Of a stretch of 64,000 bases of DNA, positions 47,028 to 57,077 are shown one piece after another; position 1 is the first letter of the stretch, and each line of letters begins with the position of its first letter. Below the pieces are notes generated by a model. It saw only the letters and a program-made list of their open reading frames with translations, had not been told where the DNA came from and made no database searches. A program made the translations under genes and the position numbers. Location: positions 62,001 through 126,000 of the IMG/VR virus record IMGVR_UViG_3300045999_008996; one strand, given 5' to 3'.

Positions 47028-47875
47028 TCTGGAGTGTTATTACCTTCAATTTGCTTTTGTTCTGCTGCAGGTTTGATTGCCGCACCATAACCTAAATCAG
47101 CACCAGTGAGTTTCTCATAACCTCTCATGACCTTACTCTGAAGGTCATTAATAAACTCAAGTCTCCCTCTTGGATCCAGAAGTTTATCCATTGGTAGATA
47201 ACCTTCTTTGAATTGATTACGTGGATCAACCATTGAAGGAGCAGAAGCACGACGCATTGCCTGGAGATTGGCACCAGAAATACCTGTTTGTGCTGCCATT
47301 AAGTCATCAAGTGCTTGTTCTGCAAGACGAGTATCCCAGTATTCTTGATTTTCTTCGAGGAATTGTTGTCTTGTAGGAGGTGTACCGCCATTTTGCTCTA
47401 CCAGTTTTTCGAGCATCTTATCCAAGTGTTCAAGTTGATAAAGACGATCGCGAATTTCCATCTCACTGCCTTTAATGTAGTGTGTCATTTCAAGTTCTTC
47501 AAGGTCATACCAGCAGAGTTTTTTACCTCCACCAGGACCACCAAATTCCCACATAATAGGTTGAGATTTATCCTTCCCTTCCCACTTATATTCAAACTCA
47601 CGAATTCTTTCTTTCATTTCGATAAGTTTGCTCATAAATCCACCTGCCATAATACGACGTTCTTTGAGAATATGCTCAAAAGAAACAGAGATGTTATGAG
47701 TGTTCAATCCAATGAACTTTTCAATTTGGAAGTTAGTTCTTCCTTGTGCCATTTCTTTATCACTTTCTTCCCAAGCAAAAACATTTTGAGATGCTTGCAT
47801 CAAAAATTCATCTTCTATCGCTACTTTCTTTGCATTTGTTGGCGTATAAGTCAACGCAAAATTTCCTTCAGACAT
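47024..47875 (-). CDS. Helical protein, possible fibre partner/chaperone
   Basis: GRTNFQIEKF...EYWDTRLAEQA...GISGANL; AAGGA RBS before MSEGNF. Confidence 0.6.
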   Translation of the reverse strand: MSEGNFALTYTPTNAKKVAIEDEFLMQASQNVFAWEESDKEMAQGRTNFQIEKFIGLNTHNISVSFEHILKERRIMAGGFMSKLIEMKERIREFEYKWEGKDKSQPIMWEFGGPGGGKKLCWYDLEELEMTHYIKGSEMEIRDRLYQLEHLDKMLEKLVEQNGGTPPTRQQFLEENQEYWDTRLAEQALDDLMAAQTGISGANLQAMRRASAPSMVDPRNQFKEGYLPMDKLLDPRGRLEFINDLQSKVMRGYEKLTGADLGYGAAIKPAAEQKQIEGNNTPE

Positions 47876-47923
47876 AATCCTTTTCAATTTATGAAAATGT
47901 GTACTACTATATAGTTGCTCTAA

Positions 47924-50458
47924 TCAGACCAAACTTTGTGCTAGAAGTTCGGTTGCCACTTGCTTACCCCACTTTTTCTCAAAGTGCTTACGGTAATTCT
48001 TTTCTCTTGTTAGAGTCTTTTCTTTTTTCTCACCACTTCTCCATGTTGATTTCCCAAAGAAATGAATGAGATAAGAATTATAATTCAGATCAACATTAAA
48101 TCCAAGTTGATGAACTCTCAAACGATAATCAACGTCTTCTCCACCATTCTCAAATCTTTCATCTAAAAATCCAGCAGTTGATAGAATTTCGTGAGGAATA
48201 TAGAAGCAATAGAAACCAATAATTGATTTGTTGATTTGTTCCGGTTGTACATTGAGTGTCTTAACAAACTCATTCAACTCACTTTCTTTTCCTTGGATGT
48301 CTTCAAGATCCATTGCTGGTTGTACCTTGAGACTTCCATAATCACCAACTAGTTTTTGATTGCAGAGAGGAACCAGAACAGTATTTTTAGAATTGAAGTC
48401 TTGATTCCAATTTTCAGTGAAAACAACGTCATTATTTAACCCAAAGAAATCAACTCCATCAATCAGAGCAAGTTTCATCACAAAGTTCATATTAGATGCA
48501 AATGGTTTTGGAGTATTATTTGCAATCAGAGTAATGTGCTCTCGATAATCTGTTAGAGAATACTGCCCATCATTATCGATTAGAAAGAATCTATCTTGCT
48601 CTCTCAATTCAGTATTTTGAAAGAAAGACCTAAGTGCAAGTTCAGTATATTTTTCAGTGCTCTTTGTACTCGTCATACAATAATACACTGGTCTCTTTTC
48701 TACCTTATTGCTCTGAACCGTATTAATTACTTGCTTCCATTGTTCTGCAATCTTCTTCCAATCATACTTTTCAGTCACATAATCTGAAATGAGTTTGGAA
48801 ACTTCCTGATAAAACTTTGGTTCTTTATCATAATAATCAAGTGCTAAACAACAAGCATCAGCAAACTGACAAATGAAGTTATCAGTAACTTTCCAACCTT
48901 TGGAAGTATTCTCACCTTCAATCGGAACTACTGTTGCATTCTTTTCACCAGCAACTTCTGCAAGTGCTCCAATGTTTGTAATGATTGGATATGCACCACA
49001 CTTCATTGCTTCAATCATCGAAACACCAAAGGTTTCTTCCCAGATGTTTGGATGAATAAAGAATGCTGACTCTTGATATTGTTTCACCAATTCTTCACGA
49101 TCAATGGCAGGAGAGTATTCCACATTTGGAAGAGTCTTTAGATATTCATAGAGTTCAATAAATTGATCATTTAATGGTCCATAAAGAGACATTGAAGAGA
49201 AGATTTTAAACTTCACGTTAGGATGTACTTTAGAAATCAGAGGAATGATTTTGGATAATACTTCAAGACCTTTATAAGGAATTGAAGTGAAAATCATTGT
49301 CTTTGTTTTTTGAGTGGAATGCTTAAACATTTCAGCAACTCCATTTGGAATCACTGTAATTTTATGCTCAGGAATATTCAAAAATTTTACAAGTTGATCT
49401 TTGTTCCACTGCGAAGGTGAAACAATATGATTCACGGTGTTATGATCAAAGTTTAGAAAGACTGGTTGATCATAAGCGTGATGTGCCCAGAGAATTTTAT
49501 ATTGGTGATTTGATTTTTTAATTTCTTCAGGTAAATGAGAAACAAAAACATTTTCTGGAAATGTATAATGTTCTTGCAAATACACATAGGATGTTTCAGT
49601 TGCTCCACTAGGACTTTTCATGTTGGTTTCTTTCATTTTATAAAATTCTTTTGGAAATATTTTAACAATTAACTTACGAAGATTATCTGGATAGCATTGA
49701 AATTGATATTCTTTAAAATCTTCTCCTCTATGAAGAAGATCTTTTTTATTTTTTATGGCATCAAGAATATTATCTTCCTTAATGTATTTTTCTTTATTAA
49801 ATTCTTGATGTGCGAATGATTGCAGTTTAGTCTTAATTTTTTCAATATTACCAAAATAAGTGAAATGCCATCCACCATCTTCAATAGGACTTAACTGAAA
49901 TCTTCTATTACGAAAATAATCACACCCATACTTAAGAGTTGTTCGAACATTTGAAAAAACAGTTCCTGCCCAATCACTTGTAGAAAAAGTAGAAAAATTA
50001 TAGTAAAACATATCGCATTTTGCGACATACATAAATTCTTCTTGAAAAGATTTATAATTTAAAATTATAGTTTGAATGATTTCTTTTCTTGGAATTTCAT
50101 CAACATCACTAATCATGAAAAAATCACTCGAAGAAAATGATTTTAAATGTTCAGTAATATAATCTCTTTGCAATCTTTCTAACTTCCAATTACCATTATC
50201 AAAGTCACACTCTATTACATTATTTAAAAAGTTAAATTTATTAATATCTGGTTCATATTTTAAGCGAATAATTTTATTTTTAATTTCTTGTGGTATATCA
50301 TCAAGAATTTCATCTAAATGATAAGGTTTTGGTTTTCCAGAATGAGTATAGTTACACTCACTAATTACAAAGTGATCGACAACATCATTTAAATATTCTA
50401 AACGGAGTTTGAGAATATCAAACTCATTAAAAAACATAAAACTATCAATAACTTTCAT
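47924..50458 (-). CDS. Triple glycosyltransferase fusion GT17-GT4-GT2
   Basis: FFNE..ILKLRL, SDVDEIP, GWHFTY; GATE, VIPNG, EETFGVSMIEA; LNNDV, GFLDERF..GGEDVDY. Confidence 0.85.
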   Translation of the reverse strand: MKVIDSFMFFNEFDILKLRLEYLNDVVDHFVISECNYTHSGKPKPYHLDEILDDIPQEIKNKIIRLKYEPDINKFNFLNNVIECDFDNGNWKLERLQRDYITEHLKSFSSSDFFMISDVDEIPRKEIIQTIILNYKSFQEEFMYVAKCDMFYYNFSTFSTSDWAGTVFSNVRTTLKYGCDYFRNRRFQLSPIEDGGWHFTYFGNIEKIKTKLQSFAHQEFNKEKYIKEDNILDAIKNKKDLLHRGEDFKEYQFQCYPDNLRKLIVKIFPKEFYKMKETNMKSPSGATETSYVYLQEHYTFPENVFVSHLPEEIKKSNHQYKILWAHHAYDQPVFLNFDHNTVNHIVSPSQWNKDQLVKFLNIPEHKITVIPNGVAEMFKHSTQKTKTMIFTSIPYKGLEVLSKIIPLISKVHPNVKFKIFSSMSLYGPLNDQFIELYEYLKTLPNVEYSPAIDREELVKQYQESAFFIHPNIWEETFGVSMIEAMKCGAYPIITNIGALAEVAGEKNATVVPIEGENTSKGWKVTDNFICQFADACCLALDYYDKEPKFYQEVSKLISDYVTEKYDWKKIAEQWKQVINTVQSNKVEKRPVYYCMTSTKSTEKYTELALRSFFQNTELREQDRFFLIDNDGQYSLTDYREHITLIANNTPKPFASNMNFVMKLALIDGVDFFGLNNDVVFTENWNQDFNSKNTVLVPLCNQKLVGDYGSLKVQPAMDLEDIQGKESELNEFVKTLNVQPEQINKSIIGFYCFYIPHEILSTAGFLDERFENGGEDVDYRLRVHQLGFNVDLNYNSYLIHFFGKSTWRSGEKKEKTLTREKNYRKHFEKKWGKQVATELLAQSLV

Positions 50459-50464
50459 ATAATA

Positions 50465-51118
50465 CTAACCTTGATAAATGTGATAACCAGTGTGACTAAG
50501 TTTAATTGTTGGATCTAACCAAATATTATAACCAACTTGTTGTGCTCTATGGAAGAAACTTTTATCTTCCGACATAAACCCATTTTGAGTCCGATATTCT
50601 GCAAAGTAATGATATGAATTATTAAACTCTGCAGAAGTATGTGGAGTATCTGAATGATAGTCCGAAGGAATATATTTGAGTCCAGGATTTTGTTTTGCAA
50701 TATCAAGAAACACTTGACGGTGTATCAAAACAAAACCCATTCCATTTCCGTTAATCCTCACCAAATCTCCGTGTCTTTGTTCTGGTTGAACAATATCGAC
50801 ACAGTACCTTTCTGGAATAATCTTCATTGGATAAGCGCCAGAAACAATCGGAACTTGATGTGCAATCAATTTTATCACGTCCTCTGGATCAAATCCAATG
50901 TCACTGTCCAAAAAGAACAGGTACTCGTGTTCTGTGTTGTTAATGAAAAAATTAGCAATCTTTGAACGTGCTTGAGTAATCAAAGAAGAGTTCGTCAGAG
51001 TTAATAGTCCGTGAGGAATATCATTTCTGACGAATGCTTTACCAAGATTAAAAAGTCCAAGAGTGGTTTTTTCACTCACAATTCCTCCCATACAGGGAAG
51101 TCCAATCATTATACTCAT
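50465..51118 (-). CDS. GT-A (DxD) glycosyltransferase
   Basis: SLITQARS, FLDSDI, GMGFVLI, SEDKSFF...LSHTG. Confidence 0.8.
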   Translation of the reverse strand: MSIMIGLPCMGGIVSEKTTLGLFNLGKAFVRNDIPHGLLTLTNSSLITQARSKIANFFINNTEHEYLFFLDSDIGFDPEDVIKLIAHQVPIVSGAYPMKIIPERYCVDIVQPEQRHGDLVRINGNGMGFVLIHRQVFLDIAKQNPGLKYIPSDYHSDTPHTSAEFNNSYHYFAEYRTQNGFMSEDKSFFHRAQQVGYNIWLDPTIKLSHTGYHIYQG

Positions 51119-51133
51119 ATCAGTTTTTTAATA

Positions 51134-51142
51134 ATTATAGCA
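51134..51142 (-). promoter_or_regulatory. Extended -10 promoter TGcTATAAT at the head of enzyme block B
   Basis: Intergenic, about 16 nt before ATG 51118. Confidence 0.55.
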
Positions 51143-51148
51143 CGAAAA

Positions 51149-51970
51149 TTATGAAGTCTTTACCTTTCCCGAAATCTGAACATCAATTGTTGAAAGTTGA
51201 TCGACTTGAATATTCAGAACATCATTTACATTTAGTCTCTTTGGAGTTTCTAGAAGTTCTACGCTAGCATACTTTGGAATAATTAAATCCGATACAAGAC
51301 TTCTGGTTGTAACTCCACTTGTAACTGTAACTGAAATTGGAAATCCTCCAAGATCAGTTGTATTTGTTAATCGAATGGATTGAAGAATAGCGGGATTAGT
51401 TGTTGCAGTATAGATTCCAATTGGAGCAGTTGTGGTAATACCACTAATAGGACCAAATCCTAATCCAAAGTAATCTGGTGAAATTTTTTCCTCATAAGTA
51501 ATATAAACCTGAACAGCATTATTAGCACCGACGCGATTAATATCCGTTCCCCTCATTACAATCTTATCTGAGGGATTGAGAACTTGTGGTTGATGTAAGA
51601 GTTCTACTGCCATCCCTGCTGGAATTGGAATATTATATGCAAAATAACTTCTTTCGCCCCCATTAAAATCAAATGCACCAATAACATTTGTTTCGGTATT
51701 TATTCCAACGTTTGTGGCATGAATTGAATGAACAACATATTCTCTACCCGCAGTGGAGGGAAGTGTGAGAACCGTTGTCCCAATTCCCGTTAATGTTGCA
51801 GAAAATGCACTTGTAATGCCAGTGTTAAATTCTCCACCATCAACAACAATACCAGTTAATTTACTGCCATCACCATAGAATGTAGTGACCCCTGTGCTAC
51901 CTACACCAACTACATTGACAACATTTCTATTATTATCAATAACATTAATGCTATTAATTTGGATTGCCAT
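51149..51970 (-). CDS. Virion structural protein (two related beta-sandwich halves)
   Basis: SI..TN...IP....VELL..P..LN..D repeated twice; late promoter 52001-52007. Confidence 0.7.
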   Translation of the reverse strand: MAIQINSINVIDNNRNVVNVVGVGSTGVTTFYGDGSKLTGIVVDGGEFNTGITSAFSATLTGIGTTVLTLPSTAGREYVVHSIHATNVGINTETNVIGAFDFNGGERSYFAYNIPIPAGMAVELLHQPQVLNPSDKIVMRGTDINRVGANNAVQVYITYEEKISPDYFGLGFGPISGITTTAPIGIYTATTNPAILQSIRLTNTTDLGGFPISVTVTSGVTTRSLVSDLIIPKYASVELLETPKRLNVNDVLNIQVDQLSTIDVQISGKVKTS

Positions 51971-52003
51971 CGTCGTGTCTCCACTCGGCTATGCTTTCTC
52001 TAT

Positions 52004-53401
52004 TTATGAAACCTTCTTTTTAAGTTCCTCAACTTCTGCGGAAAGTTCTTTTACTGCTTGAATTAGCACTCCAACAAGTCCATTATAGTTTACCGATTTA
52101 TTTTCTTTAGTTGTAACAAGATCGGGAAGAATTTCTTCAAGTTCTTGAGCGATGACGCCATAAGATTTTTTATCATTTATCTTCCAATCAAAAGAAACTC
52201 CTCTTAAAGAATTGACGATATCTAAAGAATTTTCAATCGTACTGACGTTCTTCTTAAGATTGCAGTCACTGGTTGAGTTAATGTCTGCCGCAGTAACAGT
52301 AAATGACGCTGTTAAATTAGAGCAATTTATTGATCCTGCAGTAAAGTCACCTGAAGAATCGCGAGCAACAATTGGAAAGTTTATTGGATCTGCATTTGAT
52401 GAACTTGCATTAACTGCAATAGTTCTAGCAATAGACCCATTATAAGTTGTTCCAGAATCGAAACTGATATATGCGCCTGCTGATAAACTATTTAAATTAT
52501 TACCTAAAGTAATACCAGAAATTGTTGATGCTGCTAATTTAGAAACTGCAATTCCAGCTGATGCATTGATATCTCCATCTACAATAGTTCCATCCAATAT
52601 CATTCCAGAAGTCACAGCACCAACACTTGCAGTGCTAACAAGAGTGCCTGTTCCTGTAGGAAGTGTTAATGTTCCAGATGCTACAGAAGAAGCGCGAAGA
52701 TTTGTTGAACCAGAAGAACTGCCATTAAAATTAACTCCACCACCTCCAAAAGTAGGTGAAGTGAGAGTTTTATTTATTAATGTTTGAGTGTCTGTCGTAC
52801 CAACAATATCTCCCGTTGGGGGTGTTTTTCCTCTTAAAAAGTCCGCGTTGAGATTTGTAACCAGAGTATTTGACGATACTACAAGTGGTGCGGTACCTGA
52901 TGCAACGGTTGAAATGAGACGATTTGCTGAAACATTACCATTTACAGTTAGTCTTTCAGTAATTCCAAGTGAAGTACCTATTCCAACATTGCCTATACGA
53001 TAAACTGTACTTCCTACTCCAGGTAACCAGGTTGCAAGTTCTGGATTAATGAGTAAAGTATTATTAACATAAAAAGCAGAAGCAGTAATAATACCACTCG
53101 TATTAAGATTACTTGTAGGTTCAATTCCTGAAGTAATGGTAGATATTCCAGCAACTAATGCATAGTCTGCAATAGTAGCGTTAGTTGCTGTTCCTATAAA
53201 TCCACCATAGAAATTAGATGCTGTTACTACACCAGATATATTAACATTACCACCAACATCAAGTTTTGCTACTGGTATTGTAGTTCCTATGCCAACATTT
53301 TGAGAAATTCCTGTGGTAATTGCAACACTTTTCGTTGTATCATCAACGAAAATAAAAGTTCCAAACTGAGAAAGTTCTCTATTTCTTGTTACTGCTGACA
53401 T
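52004..53401 (-). CDS. Tail fibre with peptidase S74 chaperone
   Basis: VGIGTT repeats, TDTQTLINKTL, SDCNLKKNV...GVIAQELE. Confidence 0.85.
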   Translation of the reverse strand: MSAVTRNRELSQFGTFIFVDDTTKSVAITTGISQNVGIGTTIPVAKLDVGGNVNISGVVTASNFYGGFIGTATNATIADYALVAGISTITSGIEPTSNLNTSGIITASAFYVNNTLLINPELATWLPGVGSTVYRIGNVGIGTSLGITERLTVNGNVSANRLISTVASGTAPLVVSSNTLVTNLNADFLRGKTPPTGDIVGTTDTQTLINKTLTSPTFGGGGVNFNGSSSGSTNLRASSVASGTLTLPTGTGTLVSTASVGAVTSGMILDGTIVDGDINASAGIAVSKLAASTISGITLGNNLNSLSAGAYISFDSGTTYNGSIARTIAVNASSSNADPINFPIVARDSSGDFTAGSINCSNLTASFTVTAADINSTSDCNLKKNVSTIENSLDIVNSLRGVSFDWKINDKKSYGVIAQELEEILPDLVTTKENKSVNYNGLVGVLIQAVKELSAEVEELKKKVS

Positions 53402-53419
53402 TGGATACTCCTTATATTC

Positions 53420-56400
53420 TTATTTAGAATTTGCTTCAAGAACTTCAACTCTTATCTTAAGTTCTTTCAATGCTTCAATAAGAACACCTATCACACCGTT
53501 ATAATTAACAGTTTTATTTTCATCACCGTTGACGAGTTCAGGAAGAACAGTCTCAAGTTCCTGTGCAATAACACCGATTGATGGATTTCCACTCAATTTC
53601 CAATTAAATCTTACACCACGGATACTTTCAATAGTTTGAAGTGCATTTTCAAAAGTTCTAATGTCAATTTTACGTCTAATATCAGATCCAGAATTTATAT
53701 CTCCTCCAACCGTGAGGTTTCCAGACGTAGGATTAAAAGTAAATGCTGTTGCTATAGTTCTTATTCTTGGTGTTTGGTCTCCAACGTTTGCAACAAATAC
53801 TGGATAATGATCTCCTCCACTAGAAACTGCAGTAGCATTAATAAGTGTTGAAGGTCCAGAAGTTCCCTGAATTCCAAGATCACCTTGAATACCCTGAAGA
53901 CCTTGAGGACCCCTAATTCCCTGACTACCTTGGTTGCCTTGAATACCAACACCAGTACCACCAATTAAACCTTGAGATCCAGTAGTACCTTGGGTGCCTT
54001 GAGAACCTGCTCCGGGATTACCCTGAACACCTTGGAGACCTTGAGCACCTGTTGAACCTATTCCAGTTGTACCTTGAGTTCCTTGAGAACCTTGAGTTCC
54101 CTGAGAACCTGTTATTTTAGAAAGTAATGATGTAGCGGCCCAAGTATCAACACCGGTTCCAGATGCAGAATTTTGAACATATCTTAAGTAAACGCCATCA
54201 AAGGTTTTTGCGCCTGAGGGAACTACAATTGTCTTAAGTGTCCAAACATTACTGGAAAGATCACCAGGTGCAGTAGTGTCTAATGTAATCCAAGTAGATG
54301 CATCCTTTGAATACTGAACATCAACGTTTTCACCAGCGTCGGGAACCTCTCCCCATCCACCACCACCTTTATTTACATAAAAATACAATTCATCCACATA
54401 AGTAAGATATACTTTGTTGTTAGTTCTTACATTTCTTGTAGTGCTTGTATTAAATACAACAATTCCTGTTGTTGATGGAACTTCAGTAGACGCTGATAGA
54501 CCTGCTACTCCACTTACATCTGATAAGACTGAATTTGTAAGCGTAATGCCACCAGAACTTTGTAAGTCCAATAATGCATAACTATTTGCTGAAGTTGCAC
54601 CAGTAATACCCTGAACCCCCAAAGATCCTTGTACACCTTGTACACCTTGTACACCTTGTCTTCCTTGAATACCTTGAATACCTGTGGTCCCTTGAGGACC
54701 ACTGATTCCCTGAACACCTTGAGAACCTGTTAAACCTTGAAGACCTTGAATACCAGTTGAACCTAATCCAATAGAACCTTGAATACCTTGAGAACCTGTT
54801 AAACCTTGAGGTCCTTTAATAGTCCCAACATCGTTCCAAATTGATCCATCAAATACCCACAGGCGGCCCGTATCTTGAGCAATGACACCATCACCGGTTG
54901 ATGGTGGATACCAAGGATATATGGTATCATTTGAAGTTAATACTGTAGAACCAATTCCAGAAGTTTTTGATGGTACTGATCCAACAATTGTAACTGAGGT
55001 TCCATCTTGACCGGTGGTACCCTGAGAACCATTAAAACCTTGGATACCTTGTCTTCCTTGAATACCCTGAACCGAAGTTCCTTGAATACCTTGAGCACCT
55101 TGAAGACCTTGAATACCTGTTGAACCTATTCCAGTTGTACCTTGGGGACCACTAAAACCTTGGATACCTTGTCTTCCTTGAATACCCTGAACCGAAGTTC
55201 CTTGAATACCCTGAAGACCTTGAATACCTGGACTTCCAACACTTCCCAGATTACCTTGAATACCTTGAATACCCTGAGGTCCAATAACACCTTGAATACC
55301 CTGAAGACCCAAAATACCCTGAATACCTGTTGAACCTACTCCAACAGAACCTTGAATACCCTGCCTTCCTTGAATACCTTGAGGTCCAATAACACCTTGA
55401 GTACCCTGAAGACCTTGGATACCTGTTGAACCTACTCCAACGGAACCTTGAATACCCTGCCTTCCTTGAACTCCTTGAATTCCTTGGGGTCCAATAACAC
55501 CTTGAATACCCTGAAGGCCTTGAATACCTGTCGATCCCAATCCAATAGAACCTTGTATACCTTGAGAACCTGTTAATCCTTGAGGTCCCCTAACTTCACC
55601 TACGTCGTTCCAAATTGATCCATCAAATACCCACAGGCGGCCCGTATCTTGTGCAACAACACCATTACCTGTTGATGGTGGATACCAAGGATATATTGTA
55701 TCATTCGCAGTTAATACTGTAGAACCAATTCCAGAAGTTTTTGATGGTACTGATCCAACAATTGTAACTGAGGTTCCATCTTGACCGGTGGTACCCTGAG
55801 AACCATTAAAACCTTGGATACCTTGAGAACCACTAGTTCCCTGAATACCTTGAATAGAGATTCCTTGAATACCCTGAAGACCTTGAGATCCTTGAATTGA
55901 GATTCCTTGAGTACCCTGAAGACCTTGAGAACCATTAGTTCCTTGGATACCTTGAACTGAGATTCCTTGAATACCCTGAAGACCCTGAAGACCTTGAAGA
56001 CCCGTCGAACCTACTCCAATCGAACCTTGAATACCTTGAGTACCTTGAACTGAGATTCCTTGAATACCCTGAAGACCTTGAATACCTGTCGAACCCACCC
56101 CAACGGAACCTTGAATACCCTGCCTTCCTTGAATACCTTGAGTTCCTTGAGGACCTATCAAACCCTGAGAACCTGTTAATCCTTGAGGTCCTCTAATTTG
56201 ACCTACATTATCCCAATCATTAGATCCTATATAAACCCACAAATCCCCTGTATTAGAATTAATTACTCCATTTCCAATTGATGCTGATGGAAATGCAGCA
56301 TTCAACTCAGAATCTTCATTGCCAGGTGTTAGTGCTGCTGATCCAATAATTGTAACAGAGGTCCCGTCTTGACCAGTTATACCTTGAATACCCTGAACCG

Positions 56401-56734
56401 AAGTTCCTTGGATACCCTGAACACCTTGAGAACCTATAGGACCTTCATTTCCAGTGCTTCCAAGATTACCCTGAATACCCTGAATACCTTGGATACCTTG
56501 GATACCTTGTCTTCCTTGAATACCCTGAGAACCTGTTCCATCATTACCCTGAATACCTTGGGTTCCTTGAATACCTTGCGTTCCACCGGCAATAGTCCAA
56601 AACCTTGTTCCATCTGTTTTAGACGCTAAAACTTTATCATCTACATCTGGTTTGCCAAGATATCTCTCCGTATCTTCGAGGGAAATAAATTGACCGTCTT
56701 GGCCTACAACAGAACCGCTATTTAATCTTGACAT
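53420..56734 (-). CDS. Collagen-like fibre with repeated spacer domains, reelin-like domain and S74 chaperone
   Basis: G-X-Q tracts; SDIRRK...GVIAQELE. Confidence 0.85.
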   Translation of the reverse strand: MSRLNSGSVVGQDGQFISLEDTERYLGKPDVDDKVLASKTDGTRFWTIAGGTQGIQGTQGIQGNDGTGSQGIQGRQGIQGIQGIQGIQGNLGSTGNEGPIGSQGVQGIQGTSVQGIQGITGQDGTSVTIIGSAALTPGNEDSELNAAFPSASIGNGVINSNTGDLWVYIGSNDWDNVGQIRGPQGLTGSQGLIGPQGTQGIQGRQGIQGSVGVGSTGIQGLQGIQGISVQGTQGIQGSIGVGSTGLQGLQGLQGIQGISVQGIQGTNGSQGLQGTQGISIQGSQGLQGIQGISIQGIQGTSGSQGIQGFNGSQGTTGQDGTSVTIVGSVPSKTSGIGSTVLTANDTIYPWYPPSTGNGVVAQDTGRLWVFDGSIWNDVGEVRGPQGLTGSQGIQGSIGLGSTGIQGLQGIQGVIGPQGIQGVQGRQGIQGSVGVGSTGIQGLQGTQGVIGPQGIQGRQGIQGSVGVGSTGIQGILGLQGIQGVIGPQGIQGIQGNLGSVGSPGIQGLQGIQGTSVQGIQGRQGIQGFSGPQGTTGIGSTGIQGLQGAQGIQGTSVQGIQGRQGIQGFNGSQGTTGQDGTSVTIVGSVPSKTSGIGSTVLTSNDTIYPWYPPSTGDGVIAQDTGRLWVFDGSIWNDVGTIKGPQGLTGSQGIQGSIGLGSTGIQGLQGLTGSQGVQGISGPQGTTGIQGIQGRQGVQGVQGVQGSLGVQGITGATSANSYALLDLQSSGGITLTNSVLSDVSGVAGLSASTEVPSTTGIVVFNTSTTRNVRTNNKVYLTYVDELYFYVNKGGGGWGEVPDAGENVDVQYSKDASTWITLDTTAPGDLSSNVWTLKTIVVPSGAKTFDGVYLRYVQNSASGTGVDTWAATSLLSKITGSQGTQGSQGTQGTTGIGSTGAQGLQGVQGNPGAGSQGTQGTTGSQGLIGGTGVGIQGNQGSQGIRGPQGLQGIQGDLGIQGTSGPSTLINATAVSSGGDHYPVFVANVGDQTPRIRTIATAFTFNPTSGNLTVGGDINSGSDIRRKIDIRTFENALQTIESIRGVRFNWKLSGNPSIGVIAQELETVLPELVNGDENKTVNYNGVIGVLIEALKELKIRVEVLEANSK
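54801..55830. repeat. Near-identical ~250-bp intragenic duplication (about 54801-55050 vs 55581-55830)
   Basis: GQDGTSVTIVGSVPSKTSGIGSTVLT...GRLWVFDGSIWNDVG encoded twice with near-identical DNA. Confidence 0.85.
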
Positions 56735-56738
56735 TTAC

Positions 56739-57074
56739 TTACTTTGCAGATTCTAAAATACTGAGTGTATACTTCATTGTACTATCAGTTGATCCTTGAA
56801 TTTCAATTTTGTCGCCAGTTTCAAGGACTAAACTTCCCGAAATTGGATTAAGGGCATCAGTCGCTGGAATTTTTGCGTTCTTAATTAGTTCATATTGAGT
56901 TCCTGACTTATTATAAAAAATTGTTACAGTAGAAACTCCTGAAGAAATATTTGATACTACAGAAAACAAATGGATAGAAGCAACTCCATTAGGTGCAGTA
57001 TAAACTGTTGTTACACCCGTCGTTACTGCTATACTGACTGTTTTATATGTATTAAGTGCTAGTGCTCCAGCCAT
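56739..57074 (-). CDS. Small virion structural protein
   Basis: VYTAP.GV...SN...IPATDA...LVLETGDKI. Confidence 0.7.
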   Translation of the reverse strand: MAGALALNTYKTVSIAVTTGVTTVYTAPNGVASIHLFSVVSNISSGVSTVTIFYNKSGTQYELIKNAKIPATDALNPISGSLVLETGDKIEIQGSTDSTMKYTLSILESAK

Positions 57075-57077
57075 TTT

